Source: Felis catus
Lineage: Eukaryota
Reading direction: 5' to 3'
Length of the DNA: 64,000 nt
Assembly: GCF_018350175.1 (NCBI RefSeq)
Contig: NC_058373.1
Coordinates: forward strand, 114,454,001 to 114,518,000
The notes below the pieces were generated by a model, which saw only the letters and a list, made by a program, of their open reading frames with translations, did no database searches and had not been told where the DNA came from. Position numbers and translations under genes: made by a program. Shown here in pieces: positions 41,528 to 56,107 of the stretch; position 1 is the first letter of the stretch, and every line of letters begins with the position of its first letter.

Positions 41528-41740
41528 CAGGGGATGGCAACATTTTTCTGTAAAAGGCCTGACAGGAAATAGTTTCAGCTTTGCAGGCCATATGGTCTCT
41601 GTCGCAACTATTCTGCCAATTGTAGTGGGAAAGCAGACACAGATAATATGCAAACAGACAGGTGTGGCTGAGTTCCAGTATTTACAAAAACCCGTGTCAG
41701 CCGCATTTGACATCACGGGCTACACTTTGCCAACACCGTG
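41528..41740. mobile_element. MER58-like hAT DNA transposon
   Basis: cagggg.tggcaac.tttttctgtaaa.ggcc...ctttgcaggccatatggtctctgtcgcaacta...tttgccaac inverted ends. Confidence 0.75.
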
Positions 41741-42946
41741 CTAACATTTGTGTTTGATGGAGCAATATTCAATCCCTCAATTTCTAGAAAAGAAGGGCGC
41801 CAGGGGCTTTAAATTCATCAACCAGAAGAGAGATCTGCTCCTGTGATTTACTGGAGCAAGTCCCCCACCCTCTTTAAGAAAAGGCCGCTCTCCAGGGGCA
41901 TCTCTCTGGGGTCATGCAGACCGGGTCTGAGTTCTGGTTTTGCCATTTACTGCCCTTGGGACCTTAAGTAAGTTATTTCATCTCGCCAGGGCATCCGTTT
42001 CCTTCTCATCAAGTGAGGATAACCGGGGCCACCAGAGAGGGCCACTGTGAGGGTTAAATGAGATCACTGGTATACGGGGCTTTGACACACCCCCTCCACA
42101 GCATATGTGCTCAGCGATCGCAGCCGTGCACACACCTTCAATCGTGAATGAATGGACGGAGACTGTTTCCATCTCTAGATTTCTGGTGCTGCACAGCAGG
42201 TGCCCGCTGAGTCCTGGCTGAGTCCTTGGGACACAGTCCTGACACGGCCTGGTTAGGGTGTCCTATTCTAATCACCTCCACCCTCCCCAAATCCTTCAGA
42301 GCCGCCCCAGTGCACACAAGAAACTGCACTGCCTCTTCTAAACCATTAAGAACAAGCTAATAACAATTTATACTGAGCTTTAAAGTTTGTTTTTTTTGTT
42401 TTTCTCAAGTGAAGAAAAAAAAGAGTCAAGAAGCTAACAGGCAGAAGAATGCTATTCGGAATGTCCCAGAATGTCCCGGAAGGCTTCTGGACATCAGTCT
42501 TCCCGGGACTCTGTGGAGCCTCGGGGCAGCCCTCGCTGTCCAACCCAGTCCGTGTCTGACACTCTCCAGGCAATAGGATTCTCCACCCCGGGCAGCAAAG
42601 TGCAGGCAGGCCTTCGGGCGAGGGAAGTAGCATTCCGCTCACACGGGACCCCATGGCACCAGGATTAGGCTGGGCGTGTGGAGGAGGGGCTGGCACTGGG
42701 GTGAGGACCAGGGAGCTGGCCCTTGGCTTTCCAGGAGGCAGACCCGGGGGTGGGGGGCACAGAGACTGGATGGAAAGCGTATTTGTTACATGCAGAATCC
42801 ACAGGTCGACCAGGTAGAGGTGCCGGCAGCCTCACTTCCAAATGCCCCCAGCGATGCGGGACCCGGGGAGTCAGGGCAGAAAAGGCCAGGAGAGCAGAGA
42901 GCAGAAACTCAGGCTCCGAGAGGAGCCAGCCCACCAGCAGGCCTCA

Positions 42947-43225
<279 letters not shown>

Positions 43226-45129
43226 TCAGACCTGAACTGCTTGCCTCCACCCAGCAGATCTGTAGTAAGCACCCCCCCCCCCAATCAGGGACTTGGCTGG
43301 GTGCTAGGAATAGAGGGGTGAATGAAACCGTTTCCTGCCTTTGTGCACTTACGGACCAGGAGGAGCTTCAACAGAGAAACACACAAGTATATGCAAATGA
43401 GCAAACACCAAGAAGGATAAATACTTAACAAAAGGATGCAGAGGAGCACAGGAGGAGGACAAAGGGCTTAGGGAAGTCAGGGAAGGCCTGTGAGTGGGAG
43501 GGCAGCCAGGCCAGGACAGCAGGGAGTGATGTTCAAGGCAGAAAAGGAACAGCACATGCAAAGGCCCTGAATCCCTTCTAGTCGGGAACGTTCGGCCTGG
43601 GAAGGTGTGTCGGCACTCTCGAATATTCTGGAAAAGTTCCTGGCGTTTGAATGGAGCTGCCCACAGCCTCCCTCTCTCACTTGAAACCGCTGCCTCCCGC
43701 AGGGACATCGTTGGCTTGGCTCCAAGTCAACCCCCCCACCCTCACTCCACCCCCTCCTCCAACTCAGGTGTCAGGCTCAGAAGCTGTGGGGAAAGGATGG
43801 TGCCCCCAACAGCCCACTAAGAGCACTTTCGGCTCAGAACAGAGGCACTCGGGGCCTTCTCGAAACTATTTGAAAAATTCATGTGCCTAACACGCGCGCC
43901 CATACCGGGGGAAGGGCACAGAGCAGTAAAGTCTCTAAGAGGCCAGGGGCACCAAAGGGCTGAGCCCCAGACTCAGTACGCCTGCACCTGCCACGGTCTC
44001 CAGCACAGCCAGCTGCACACCCCTCTGTGCCACACCAAGCACGTGAGCCGCCTGGCTGAGGGAGTTCAAGGGGCTGGGCGGCCACAAGGTCAGAGCAGCG
44101 CTTCTGCAGGGGGCCTCCCGGCCCCCCAGCTTCTAGGGAACAGACTTCCTGCTACAGATGGGATGAGGCAGTTCCCAGGGAAGCACAGCTGGGCTTTTGT
44201 GATTAAATCAGGACTTTCCACTCGCGGCCGCTGCTCAGCCTCTCCAGCAAGGTACCCCGCCGTCCTCCCGGGCGGATGACACGCCACATCTTCCCACAGG
44301 ATGGATGGAAGCGGCACCCCATCCCGCCCCCCGCCCCGAAGGCCCTCCTGCTAAAGACCCAGCCGTCAGGTCCCACCAAGCCCGGGCTCCCCAGCCAGCT
44401 GACGGCTGTGCACACCGGCTGGGACAGGACGGCGGAGGCGGTCAGGCGAGCAGTTCTCGAACTTCAGACACCCAGCCTTCACCTGCCTCCTACGTTTCTG
44501 ATTTAGGAAGTTTGGGGCGTGTTCCGGGAATCTGCAGGCTGACAAGCAGTCCTGTGGACTCTGGTGTGGGTGGTCCAGGGACGCTTCTCAGAGAACCTCT
44601 GCAGGCAGCAGCCCCTTCCTTCCGTCACTCTATCCACCTCAAGACACTCAAGGAAGAAAAGGCAACGTCTCAGTGACTCCATTTCTCCCACTCCATGGGA
44701 AGAGACGAGCCCGCTTCACGGACACACGCCGGTCCCGTTCAGTGGGGACACACTGGCAGCTACACAGAAAAGCCCAGTTCAGGGCATCCGGTCACCCCAC
44801 TATTTGCCAAGCATCACCTACATGCCGAGTACAATCTGAAGCACTTGAGACACAGAGATGAGACCATCCCTGTCCCCAGACAGCTCAGGGTAGAAGGGGG
44901 GAAAAAAAACCAAGTGAGCCAAAAATGATCATGCCACGGGGAAACTAACACAGTAGAGGAATTAATGGGGTGTGACAGGAGCCCAAAGGAGGGCGGCCAC
45001 TCACATGGTGAAAGCCTTCCTGGAGGGAAACCCCGAGCTGAGTTTTAAAGAATGAAAAAGAACAACACCAGGTTTGTTTAAACGAAGAAATGCTGGAAGA
45101 GGAGGCAGGGAAGGATGCTCTAAAAGGCA

Positions 45130-45941
45130 GTTAAAGGAAAACAGTATGGCAGTTCCTACAAAAAGTTAAACATAGAATTACCATATGATCCAGCATTTCT
45201 ACTTCTAGGTTTACACCCCCAAAGAACTGAAAGCAGGGACTCGAACAGACATCATCCACTCATGTTCACAGCAGCATCTTTCACGATAGCCACAAGGTGG
45301 AAGCCGTCCGTCCAAATGTCCCATCAGATGAGTGGATGAGCAAAACGTGGCACGTACATACAGTGGGATATCAGCCTGCCAAAGAAGGAGATTCCGACAC
45401 GTGGTACAACACGGATGAGCGCAGAAGACGTCACGCGGAAATAAGACAGCCGCAAAAGGACACGTGTCCTGTATGATTCCACTGTTATGAGGTGCTGAGA
45501 ACAGGCAAACACACCGAGACTAAAAGAATGGTGGGCTTCCAGGGGCTCGAGGGAGAAGGGATGGGGGCGTTAGTGTTTAATGGGCTTGGAGTCTGCATGG
45601 CATGATGGAAAAGTCTAGAGATGGATGGTGGGGATGGCAGCACAACACTGGGAACGTACTGACTACTTCTGGGTACAATTAAAGATGTTCAAAATGTTGG
45701 GGGCATGGGTGGCTCAGCTGGTTAAGCTTTCAGCTCAGGTCATGATCTCACAGTTTCGTGAGTTCGAGACCCGCGTCAGGCTCCATGCTGATGGTGCAGA
45801 GCCTGCTTGGGATTCTCTCTCTCTCCCCCTCTCTCTCTCCCATTCTCTCTACCCCTCCCCCATTCATGCTGTCTCTGTCTCTCTCAAAATAAATACTTTA
45901 AAAATGTTCAAAATGCTAAATTTTATGTTATGCAGATTTTA

Positions 45942-45942
<1 letters not shown>
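45130..45942 (+). mobile_element. L1 (L1MB-like) 3' fragment, split by a SINE
   Basis: aaagttaaacatagaattaccatatgatccagcatttctacttctagg..gaactgaaagcaggg.. Confidence 0.8.
45699..45900 (+). mobile_element. Can-SINE
   Basis: TSD core atgttcaaaatg. Confidence 0.9.

Positions 45943-45984
<42 letters not shown>
45943..45984. repeat. (CA)~21 microsatellite at the L1 tail
   Basis: Perfect CA run. Confidence 0.95.
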
Positions 45985-45987
<3 letters not shown>

Positions 45988-46458
45988 CCCCACCCCACCC
46001 CCAATGCACAGATTTCACCTGCAAGAGGTTATTTAGAAGTACTGGGGGGGAAAAGTCAGTTGGAGCTTATGCAAAAGCCCAGAGGGTTTCCAGAAAGCAT
46101 GTCATTGGTGAGGACTGCATGTCTCTTGGGGTGGCAGAGGGTCTGAGGTCTGATACCTTTTTGGGAAGTTAGTTGAAAACAAAACAGGTGCCAGCTCACA
46201 AAGGATCCTTCAAGCTATGCTAAGGAATGCGGGCCGCAGGCTTCGAGCCCTGGAGAGGCACTGAAGGGCTCTGAGCAGGGAACAGGGAGACCATATTTGG
46301 GCCGTCAGATGGTCCCTCTGGCTACGCTGTGGGTGATGGACTGCAGCGGCGGGGAAGGAGCCAGGTGGGGGTTGCAGGCCTCTGTGGACCACCTAGGTGA
46401 GAGCTGACCCAGGGCCACACTGATACCACGGTAGCAGAGGTTAAAAGGATAAGAGAAA

Positions 46459-46664
46459 GGGGCGCCTGGGTGGCTCAGCTGACCGTCCGACTTCAGCTCA
46501 GGTCATGATCTCAAGATTCGTGAGTTCGAGCCCCACACTGGGCTTGCTCCTGTCAGCACGGAGCCCACTTTGGATCTTCTGTTCTCCTCACTCTCTGCCC
46601 CTGCCCCGCTCTTTCTCTCTCAAAAATGAATAAACATTAAAAAAAAAAAAAAAAAAAAAAGAAA
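46459..46664 (+). mobile_element. Can-SINE
   Basis: TSD aaaggataa(g/c)agaa. Confidence 0.9.
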
Positions 46665-47378
46665 GGATAACAGAACGGACAGAACTTGAATGCCCAGTTG
46701 GAGACAGAGGAAGAGCGGTCTTTGATTCCTACATTAGGTTCAGAAGGACAAGATGGAGATGATGAGAGGAAAGAGGTCTGCCGGGGCCAGGGCTGGTCAG
46801 CACAGTTTGGGACACGCTGAGGGGACCGTGGGGGGCATGTGGGTGGAGATGGGGTTTGAGAGAAAAGGCTGGACTGGGACCAGGTCTGGGACTCACTAGG
46901 GTCAAGGTAGAAGGTAAAGTGAAGAGAGTAGCTATGATTACCCAGTGTATGAACCAAGGTGAGAATGTTGGAACCACCGACCCCTAAGGCATCGTGGAGG
47001 AAAGGTACTCATAAGAAAGTGGAAATGTGCATTCAAAGGGAGCTGCCCCTCCAGATTTCTGGACATCCAAATTCTACACGGGGGGCCAGATAAGCGAGTG
47101 GGATCATCTGGATATAGGCAGATGGGTTCTAGTGGAGCTGAGGTTTGGAGATGGTTACATAATGACCCCAAAGTCCAAGCACTCTGGAGGGGGAAGGGAC
47201 CTCCGAGACCACCCTCCATACTCCCTCGTTTTGCAAATGAGGGTGCTAAGGCAGAAAGGCAGTGACATGTCCAAGGACACATGGACGGCTGGCCGCGGCA
47301 GAGCCGGAAGCAAACCCGGTCTCCTCGTCTTAATTCACACAGGTCGCCCCTGACTTCTTGCAAGAGACCCACAGCTCA

Positions 47379-47621
<243 letters not shown>

Positions 47622-50600
47622 TCAGGCTCCCCACAGGTCCCATGGTCTCTGAAGCCCTCACAGGGGCCTCCGGGGGTCCCCAGGACCCACCTGCCTCATG
47701 CCCTTTCTAGCTGCTGTGTTGACACCAGTGGGATGGACAAAGCAACATGTCCTTTAACGCCTCCCCAACCAACCTTCTTCCAAAAACACCACCCCGTCCA
47801 CAGCAGAAGGGCCAGCAACTTACCTCTTGGGGTATAAGGCTTAGTTTCGATCTTCACAGTTACAAGGCAGATTACCCCAGAGGTAACATATTAAGCCTTA
47901 CTAATTAATTAGGGCAAAACAGTTCGTTAAATCCTTGTCCACTTGGCAGGGACAAGGGAAAGACTTAGTTAAGTCTTGTCGGGATCAGAGTTCAGAGGCC
48001 CGGGATCAGGATAAAGGAGAAAACGGTGAGCATCCCGATGCCCGCGTGTGTGTATGTTTGGGGTAGGGATGTGGAGCCACCTCAAGCTGCAAGAGTGTGA
48101 GGAAGAATTCCAGGAAGGGAATCTAAGGAGAGAAAATGAAAGACCGTCTATATTGTAATTTTCTAGCCGGTGGGGACAGAGCAGCAACACTGAAGCCTCT
48201 TCTGTAGCAACCAAGCAGTCCTGTGCCAACAGCACCACCTTGTGGCTCAAACAAGGAACAGGGTGACTCAACAAGCAGAGAAAAAAAAAAAAGCGCGTGC
48301 TTCAATTTCCCACGCCCGCCTAAAATCTGGGCAGGGGTCTTTCCCCAGCTGCCACATTCCACCCGAAACAGAGAGAGGAACTCTCTTGCTTCAGATCCAA
48401 TCCACTTTTGGCAACGCCACACTTCTATGCATCAACCAAACGGCACTCAACTACATGGGGGCTCAAGAGCCAACGTCCAGCCCCCCACAGCAGGGCCAGT
48501 CAGCATTCTTCCCACCTGCCCTGCGAAGTTGCAACAGTGAGCAGTGTGTTACTCAGCAGCAGCAGCTGCCCCAGAACTACCCTCCTCCTCAGCAAGGTCA
48601 CCAGACTCATGACCCCCCCTCCCCCACCACTTCCTCTTGCCTCGGAGGAACAGTTAAGTGGCAATGAACTGGCAGAAGGGAAGATCGCCACACCGGTGAC
48701 CATCAGGGGAAAAGAAATGGTTGCTTAGGTTTATAAGGAAGAATTACAGAGCCTGTGAGCAGGAAGAAGGGATAACCGTTCACGTAGGTGAGGAGAAGAG
48801 GCAGTATTATGACACCCCCAGTTAACAATGCCTCACTAGGAATTTACCAACATGGGCTACTTCTCTGTCCCTGCAAACACACCTCCACTCTGTAGGCCAG
48901 TCTGCTCCCGTGAGAGAGAAGAGGCGCGTATGTGCTCTCCAAAAGCTTTGCGAAGGTTGGCACAAAGGCTAAGGGTGGGCAGAGGGCGTAGACGAATCCT
49001 CAGCCTGGAATATCCTCTAGGTCACGCTTGGCTAGCTCATGCTCATCTCCCAAGATCAGGCTAAGATATCACCTCCTCCGGGAAGCCTTCCTGACAGGCA
49101 ACTGCCACATCTGGGTTGGGGCACAGAGCCCAAAGCACCCCACACCCGCTCCATCCTTGCCCATATCCCACTGCATGTTCCTTGCCTGGCCACCTGCCAG
49201 AATGGGAGCTCCTGAAGGTGTGGACTCGCTGCTCTCCCCAGAGTCCCAGGCACAGAGTCAGGGACACAGCAGTGACCGAAAGAGCAAAAACCCCTGCCCT
49301 GTGCAGCGGACATTCCAGTGGAAAACTGGGCAACTGGGGAAGGAGCCAGTGAGAAGCTGATGTGAAGTGAGGGGGCCTAGATGATCCCACTGCGCCTGTG
49401 GGTGACGCCGGATGGTATCAGAGCAGGGGGCCACACAGTGCCCTCAGGGACCCTCCGGAAGTGTGAGACGACAGCTCAGAGGAAAGGGCAAGAAGGAATA
49501 TTTACTGGGTGCCCTTCCTTTGTGTTGGTGCTACAACCTGGCAGGAAAAGAGAGGGCACTTAGCCTTTATCTTCATTTTGTTAAGACTATTTTGGTCGTT
49601 GTAAAAAATATTAGAGTGTTAGAGAAATTTTTTATCTTGAAGATAATTTATTTTGTGGTTCCGTATTCTCCCCCAGCTGCACCTGTCCATATACTACTGC
49701 CTGGATGTCACCACACTGTGTAGTTAGCGGTGGGGGGAGTCTTTCTTCATTTACCACCATCTTGGATTTCCACAGCGCCTTGTTCTCATCTCCCTTCCAG
49801 GCCCACACTCTGCCACTGCCTGGAGTTTTCTACAGACCAGAGGGTAAGTGGATCCACACCCCTCCCCCCCCCCCCCCCAAGCAGGGGACAGTTTCAGTCC
49901 TAATGCGGCCAGAGTCCTGGCGGGAATCACCAGCACAGCTGGGGCCTGTGAAATCTCACTGTTTACCACCCAGTTGTGGAGAGGGGTTGGGGATGAGAGG
50001 AAGAGGCTGGTTTTGAAAAAAGACACTGCTTTTGCAAGAGGAAAATGCTGTTGAAAGCAGCCAGCCCCATTTCCTGGGGAAGCCAGGCTCAGAGCCCTGG
50101 GAGACAGAAATGCACCTGTGTTTGCTCACGTCTCCCACACAAAACCCTGCTTCTGAGGCCTCTGGGACTGCGCTTCGCTAAAACCCTCAGTCTTGCATCC
50201 CGGGCCCCACTGATGATGCCTTGAAGGGGCGTCTGAGCACCTCCCAAATAAGACAGTTCCACCAACAAGCAGCACCCATCACGCAACTCAGGCTTACATA
50301 GGAAATGGCGGAGGTAACTTGGTGACCGAGAACGTGCCTTCGAGATATACCAGATCTGGATTCAGTGCTTAGATCTACTCTCTTCAAGCTGCGTGACCTT
50401 CAGACTACCCTCCCTAAACTTTAGTTTCCTGAACAGTAAAAGAGAGACAGTGACGGCATGCTTTAAGTCAGGAGGATTCACTAGAAAACACTTAGAAAGT
50501 GCCTGTCACTTAGAAAAGTGCACAATCCATGGTAAAGGAGGAGAAAGGGTAGCTCCCCTGAAACCTCCCAGTGGACCCATCACTCTGTGTCCCCAGCCTG

Positions 50601-53129
50601 CAGCCTTCCCACCAAACTCTGCCTGGGGCCCACCCCAAAAGTGCGGCCCTGGGTTCCCAAGAAGACACTTAGTGTGTCTGAGAACGCGGATGTGTTACGG
50701 GAAAGGACTACCATTGTGTGGGGTGCAGAAAGCATGTGACTTTGACAGTGGCCTTGTGACTCCTCAACAGAGGAGAGACTAATAGGGTAAAGAGCGTGTG
50801 GGGGGGAGCGCGGGGGGGGGGGGAAGTACAGCACCAGCAACGTGGGCATCCAGGCACACCGCGCAGTGATATTCTTTCCTCCAGCATATGGCCCCACCTG
50901 TTGTGTCTGAGACACTGAAGATTCACGCTTCCCTGGCCAGGGCAGCATTTCAGGAGCTCCTTAGTAAAGGATTTATTAAACTGTGGTTTCCAGGCCCAGA
51001 GCTCAAGTAATTTCCACAAGAAACACGAAGGGTGGAGGGGTCTCAATTGCTGGTGAAGACGCACGAACAGACCTTGGTCTTGATGCTCAAGCTCCAACAT
51101 TATGACCGAGGAGGACACCTGCCCCTTAGCAGTGCCCCAGGGGTCCAGCAAGGAGGAAAAACCAGCAGCCACAATGGACGTCCATGGCTAGAGACCCAGG
51201 GCCCCTTGACCCCCAGTGCGGGGAGCAGTGCTATCCCAGCAGGGCTATGGTCCAGTCTCATTCAAACGGAGGGCAGAGGGCCATTTTATTGCCTTAGTCC
51301 CTGCCAGGCCAGGCCCCATTGGACCTTCCCCTTGCTCCAACTGCATCATCACTGGGTCCATCTTTGGCTCACAGCCTAAAGAGATAGAGGGAACCAGTGG
51401 GCTTTCTGTGGATGCACGCAGTTGCAGAAATGGGCTCGGGAAACATGCTTGGGGCGCCATGCTGGAAGTGCTCGCAGGTTCCCTTTCCCATTTCACCCTC
51501 CTCCAGCCCTGCGGCAAGTTCTGAGGGCGCTGGACAGAGAGAGGGGGGCTAGCGGAGAACCTGGACCCTGTTCAACCTCTCACTGACCTTGAATTATCTA
51601 CCCGTATCCCATCTGGATTACCCCATAGGCATGACTCAGAGGCTGAACCTTTAAAGTCCAGCGGCGTTCATAGCCTTGATCTTGGTGGAAGAAGGGAGTG
51701 CAAAACACGAGATGCTGAAGCACAGGAAGGTCACTCTACAGAGTGAGCATCTAAGAGCCTGGAAGGGTTCATTCTAAAGAAGACAATGCAACCACTTCTG
51801 GTCAGGTGGGCACCTTGGGCCAGTGACACAACAGGGCTCTGCCTCAAGGCACTCATCTGTAGAATGGGGGGTAATATGATGGGGGTAATAAGAGCATGGG
51901 GTTGGAGGGGCCAGTAAGACGATCTGTTCAAAACATTGAAAAGAGCCTGGAAGAGAGGGACTGCTTAATAATTACCTATCGTGACTGCTACCACACTAAT
52001 TAGAGTTATTGCAAGCTCCTGCTGCCCAACATATTTCACCAAAGAATGTTAGAGCCGGGAAAGACGCTAACATCACCCAAGTCAAAGCCTCACTTCACAA
52101 TGGAGGACACACGACCAGAGAAGGCGAGTGGCTTTTCCCAGGCCACAAAGTTGGGTGTGTTCACAAACCAGCCAGCCTCCTGACTCCCCACCCCACACAC
52201 TTTCTGTTCCACCAGGACATCGTAGATTTCAGATTCAGGTACAGGTGGGCTGAATCTTGTGGAGTATCACTGAAAATGGGTCACTACGAAGTGAAAATAC
52301 CAACTAGACAGGATCTGGATGACTCTGGTCAGCACTGGCACAGAGTCTGAGCTGATGAAACGTCAACAGAGCTGGCGTGGGGTGGGCAGCCTCTCCGGGG
52401 GCCGGGGGCAGCGTGGTGGAGAGGGGTGAGGGGAGCAGAGCCACAACACAGGCAGGTGACCACCAAGACATGGGAGGGCGTTCTGGATGGTGAGCGAATC
52501 AGAAACACGTCTTTGCAGGGAACTCTGGGAACTGGGGCTCTTTGACCAGGAGGACAGAAGAGAGGGCTCAGAGGCCACCCCAAATAGCTGAAAGATCTTC
52601 CTGTGGATGAGCAAATCAGCTTGCTGGGTGCAGCCCCAGGCGGGACAAGGCAGAAGCAAAGAGCAAGCCTGACCTGCATCTAGTCCCAGCTCTGCCCCTG
52701 AGTGATCCTGAACAAGGGACGTCACTTCTCCCACCCTCAACCTCCACATCTGTAAAATGGGTATAAGAAGAGAACCCACCTTGAAGGATGGTGAGGATCA
52801 ATATAGCAACACATGGCAACTGCTAAGTACAACCATGCCCACATCAGGTTCAATGAATGGTGGCCACCGTTACTAGGTGGAGGACAGGAAGCTTCCGGGA
52901 AGGCTGGAGTTCAATGTAATAAACAGACCTAATGTTGGATGTACAGTGTGCTATCTGCCAAAGGTATGTGCTTGGTGAGGGTGCTAGGAAAGGATCCAAG
53001 CACCCCTGGGGGCCGTACTAAGTAAGGTCCCTTATAATTCTGATTCTTTGACAGACCAAGGCAGTCCTTGTTCCCTTAGAGATATGTTTAAGGAGCTCAG
53101 TTACCAAGAGTCACACTTAAATGTCTAAA

Positions 53130-53313
53130 CAGGGCTTCTCAGCCTCCGTACTATTGACATTTGGGGCTGGTGACTTCTTTGGTAGGGGTGGGGGACCTGT
53201 TCTATGCATCACAGGATGTTCAGCAACATCCCCAGCCCCTCCTGTGAGACTCCAGCAACAGCTCCCCATGTCAAGTTGTGACAACCAAAACTCACCCCTA
53301 GCTGAGAACCTAC
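53130..53313. mobile_element. MER20-like hAT DNA transposon
   Basis: cagggcttctcagcctc.gtactattgacatttgggg...caagttgtgacaaccaaaa...tgagaacc. Confidence 0.75.
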
Positions 53314-53880
53314 AGGAGACAAACATACGCCCTAAATAATAAGATTAGCAGCTAACGTCGCCTAAGCACTTACTTCTGGGTATTATACCCCCTTTAAATC
53401 CTGTATCTTCACGGCAACACTGCGAAGCAGGTGCTGTTATTCTTTGCCATTTTACAGATGAGGAAACTAAGGCTCAAGGAGGTTGAATGCATGAGCAAAA
53501 GGGGCAAATGTAAGAAAGGTAAGACTGGCTAGCCCTCACCGCCACGTATGCTCACGCATCTTTCTTAAAACACTGGCCCTCTTGGGGACAGCAACACGGG
53601 CACAGAGGTCGCCAGGGTACAAGACGGCAGGTGACAACTGGAACCCAGCTTCAGTATGAGAGTGGGGGTGACGAGGGGACAGGAGCAGCCTCTGCCCCAT
53701 TTCATATGGGAACATGGGCCTCGGCTGCCAGCTCTCCAATGAAGGGGGGCTAGAAATCCGGCCCTTTTATATGAATCCCCTAGTTTTTAAATGCTCATAC
53801 CGTTTAAAAATAAGACATCCCACAAGCCCCCAAAAAGCTGTCACCAGGATAAGCCTGAATTCAGACTCATAGGGTCCCAC

Positions 53881-53990
53881 GGCATCTGGCTGGCTTAGTC
53901 GATAGAGCATGCGACTCTTGACCTTGGGGTTGTGAGTTCAAGACCCATGTTGGATGTAGAGATTACTTAAAAATAAAATGTTTTTTTAAA
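53881..53990 (+). mobile_element. Short-type Can-SINE
   Basis: ggca.ctggctggctt.gtc..tagagcatgcgactcttga...gtagagattacttaaaaataaaat. Confidence 0.85.
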
Positions 53991-53997
53991 AGGCAGT

Positions 53998-54238
53998 GGG
54001 GGGCACCTGGGTGGCTCAGTCAGTGAAACGTCCGACGTCAGCTCAGGTCATGATCTTGCGGTCCATAGGTTTGAGCCCCGCATTGGGCTCTGTACTGACA
54101 GCTCAGAGCCTTGAGTCTGCTTCGGATTCTGTGTCTCCCTCTCTCTCTGCTCCTCCCCTGCTGGTGCTCTGTCTCTCTTTCTCAAAAATAAACATTAAAA
54201 AAATTTTTTTTGATAAAAAAAAAAAAGAAAAAGAAAAG
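53998..54238 (+). mobile_element. Can-SINE
   Basis: Head, (CT)n tract and A tail. Confidence 0.92.
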
Positions 54239-55596
54239 ACTCAGGGACCCTGGCTCCACAGTGGGAAAACATGAAATCTCTGTAAGTCTCCTAACAAAAG
54301 AAGCAGCACACGCAGGAACATCCAGTGTGTTGACCATAAGAACACAGCAGTGCTTATTAGCACAGTCCCCTTCTCACACCACAGCTGACACCAGCCATCT
54401 AGGGATCTGGCAGTAGAGGCTGACGGGACTTCCTGTCAGAGGTAGCAGGGGCTCCCCTCATCTGGGCCTGATCAAGGACTGATCCCTGTCACTAGGGATG
54501 ACAATTAGATGTGCCACGCACACCGCCACACTTTGTGAACTGAAACAAAGGAACCAATGTTCATTTACTACATTTGCAAAAATCAGTTTCTGCTAATTCC
54601 CACCGCAGGGCGGGTACAGTGACGAGGCCTCAACACGTTACAGTGGGCCGACTGGGTACAACCCCCGGGGAAAGAACTACAATGGGCTCATGCCCAGGGC
54701 GGGGGCACTATTCTGGGCAAATGACGCTGAAGACAGAAAAGACCACGCGTGTGAAAATGTTTTTGCCAGCATTACTGGAGAGGAAGAGATCAGAAATGGC
54801 CCCAAATTATATTAATAAAGTATCAGTAAAGTACATTATGATTCATCCACTCAGTGGAACACTATACAGCCAAAATGAGGGGTTCTGAAATCATAGACTA
54901 TTATGGGGAAAAAAAAAAAAAAACAACCTTAGATATAATTAACAAAAAGCGGGATACAGAACTGTGTGTGCTGCGGGTTTGAAACTACGTGAGGGATCAC
55001 ACAAGCAGGAAAAGCACCTGAAACAAAACACATCCGAACGTGCACAGTGCTGGCACTCCAGTAACTAATGTCCGTGACTTTGTCTGCTTCCCTTGTCCAG
55101 GCGTCCGCAAACGTCGCTGGTTGTTAACGATCTGCTTCCCCCTGCTAGCACTTTCCTTTCTGATGTTTACTCACCTCTGTGCACAATCCAGGCCGTCCAC
55201 TCTTGGCTGACCTCACCAGAGAAGCCTCCGTTGACAAAGGTGCCTTTTCTACTGGTGGCGCAACAGAGTAAACAAGATAACCCACCTGCAGCCAAATAAG
55301 GCTGGCGTGGCGGCGGTGGGGGAGAGCAGCGCCGCCTCACTGAGCCACCAGGGCCCAGGCTCACGTGCTGACCACGCCTCTCCCAGGCACATCCTCCTGC
55401 TCTCCTGGGATCATTCTGGGGGAGCTATTGTTCAGAGGACAGGGGTCAGGAAACCTGGTCAGCCAGGTGTGCGTGCCATCCCGGATAAGTCACCTCCACC
55501 CCTTTACGTGACCCCCAATAAGTCCCTCACACCTTGCAGGCTGGAATCCAGCAACTTTCCCCAGCATAACATGACTCATTAAAAGACAGAAGCACA

Positions 55597-55724
55597 GGGA
55601 CACCTGGGTGGCTCGGTCAGTTAAGCGTCCGACTTCAGCTCGGGTCATGATCTCACGGCTTGTGAGTTCGAGCCCTGCGTCGGGCTCTGTGCTGACAGCT
55701 CAGAGCCTGGAGCCTGTTTTGGAT

Positions 55725-55755
<31 letters not shown>

Positions 55756-55784
55756 GTCCCTCCCCAGCTTGTGCTCTGTCTCTT

Positions 55785-55830
<46 letters not shown>

Positions 55831-56107
55831 AACATTTTTAAAAATTAAAAATAAAAATAGGGGCACCTGGGTGGCTCAGTCGGTTAAGCGTCTGACTTCA
55901 GATCAGGTCATGATCTCGCAGTCTGTGAGTTCGAGCCCCACGTCGGGCTCTGTGCTGACAGCTCAGAGCCTGGAGCCTGTTTCAGATTCTGTGTCTCCCT
56001 CTCTCTCTGACCCTCCCCCGTTCATGCTCTGTCTCTCTCTGTCTCAAAAATAAATAAACGTTAAAAAAATTTTTTTTAATTTAAAAATAAAAATAAAAAA
56101 AATAAAA
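55597..56107 (+). mobile_element. Two tandem Can-SINEs (55597-55859 and 55860-56107); the second inserted in the tail of the first
   Basis: Two complete heads and bodies; ttaaaaataaaaata is duplicated around the second. Confidence 0.92.

Noticed and set aside
53996..54274. Recurring MAQSVKRPTSAQVMI... ORFs (also 1472, 29254, 55608, 55871, 56936, 63531)
   Set aside because: These are translations of Can-SINE bodies, not a gene family.
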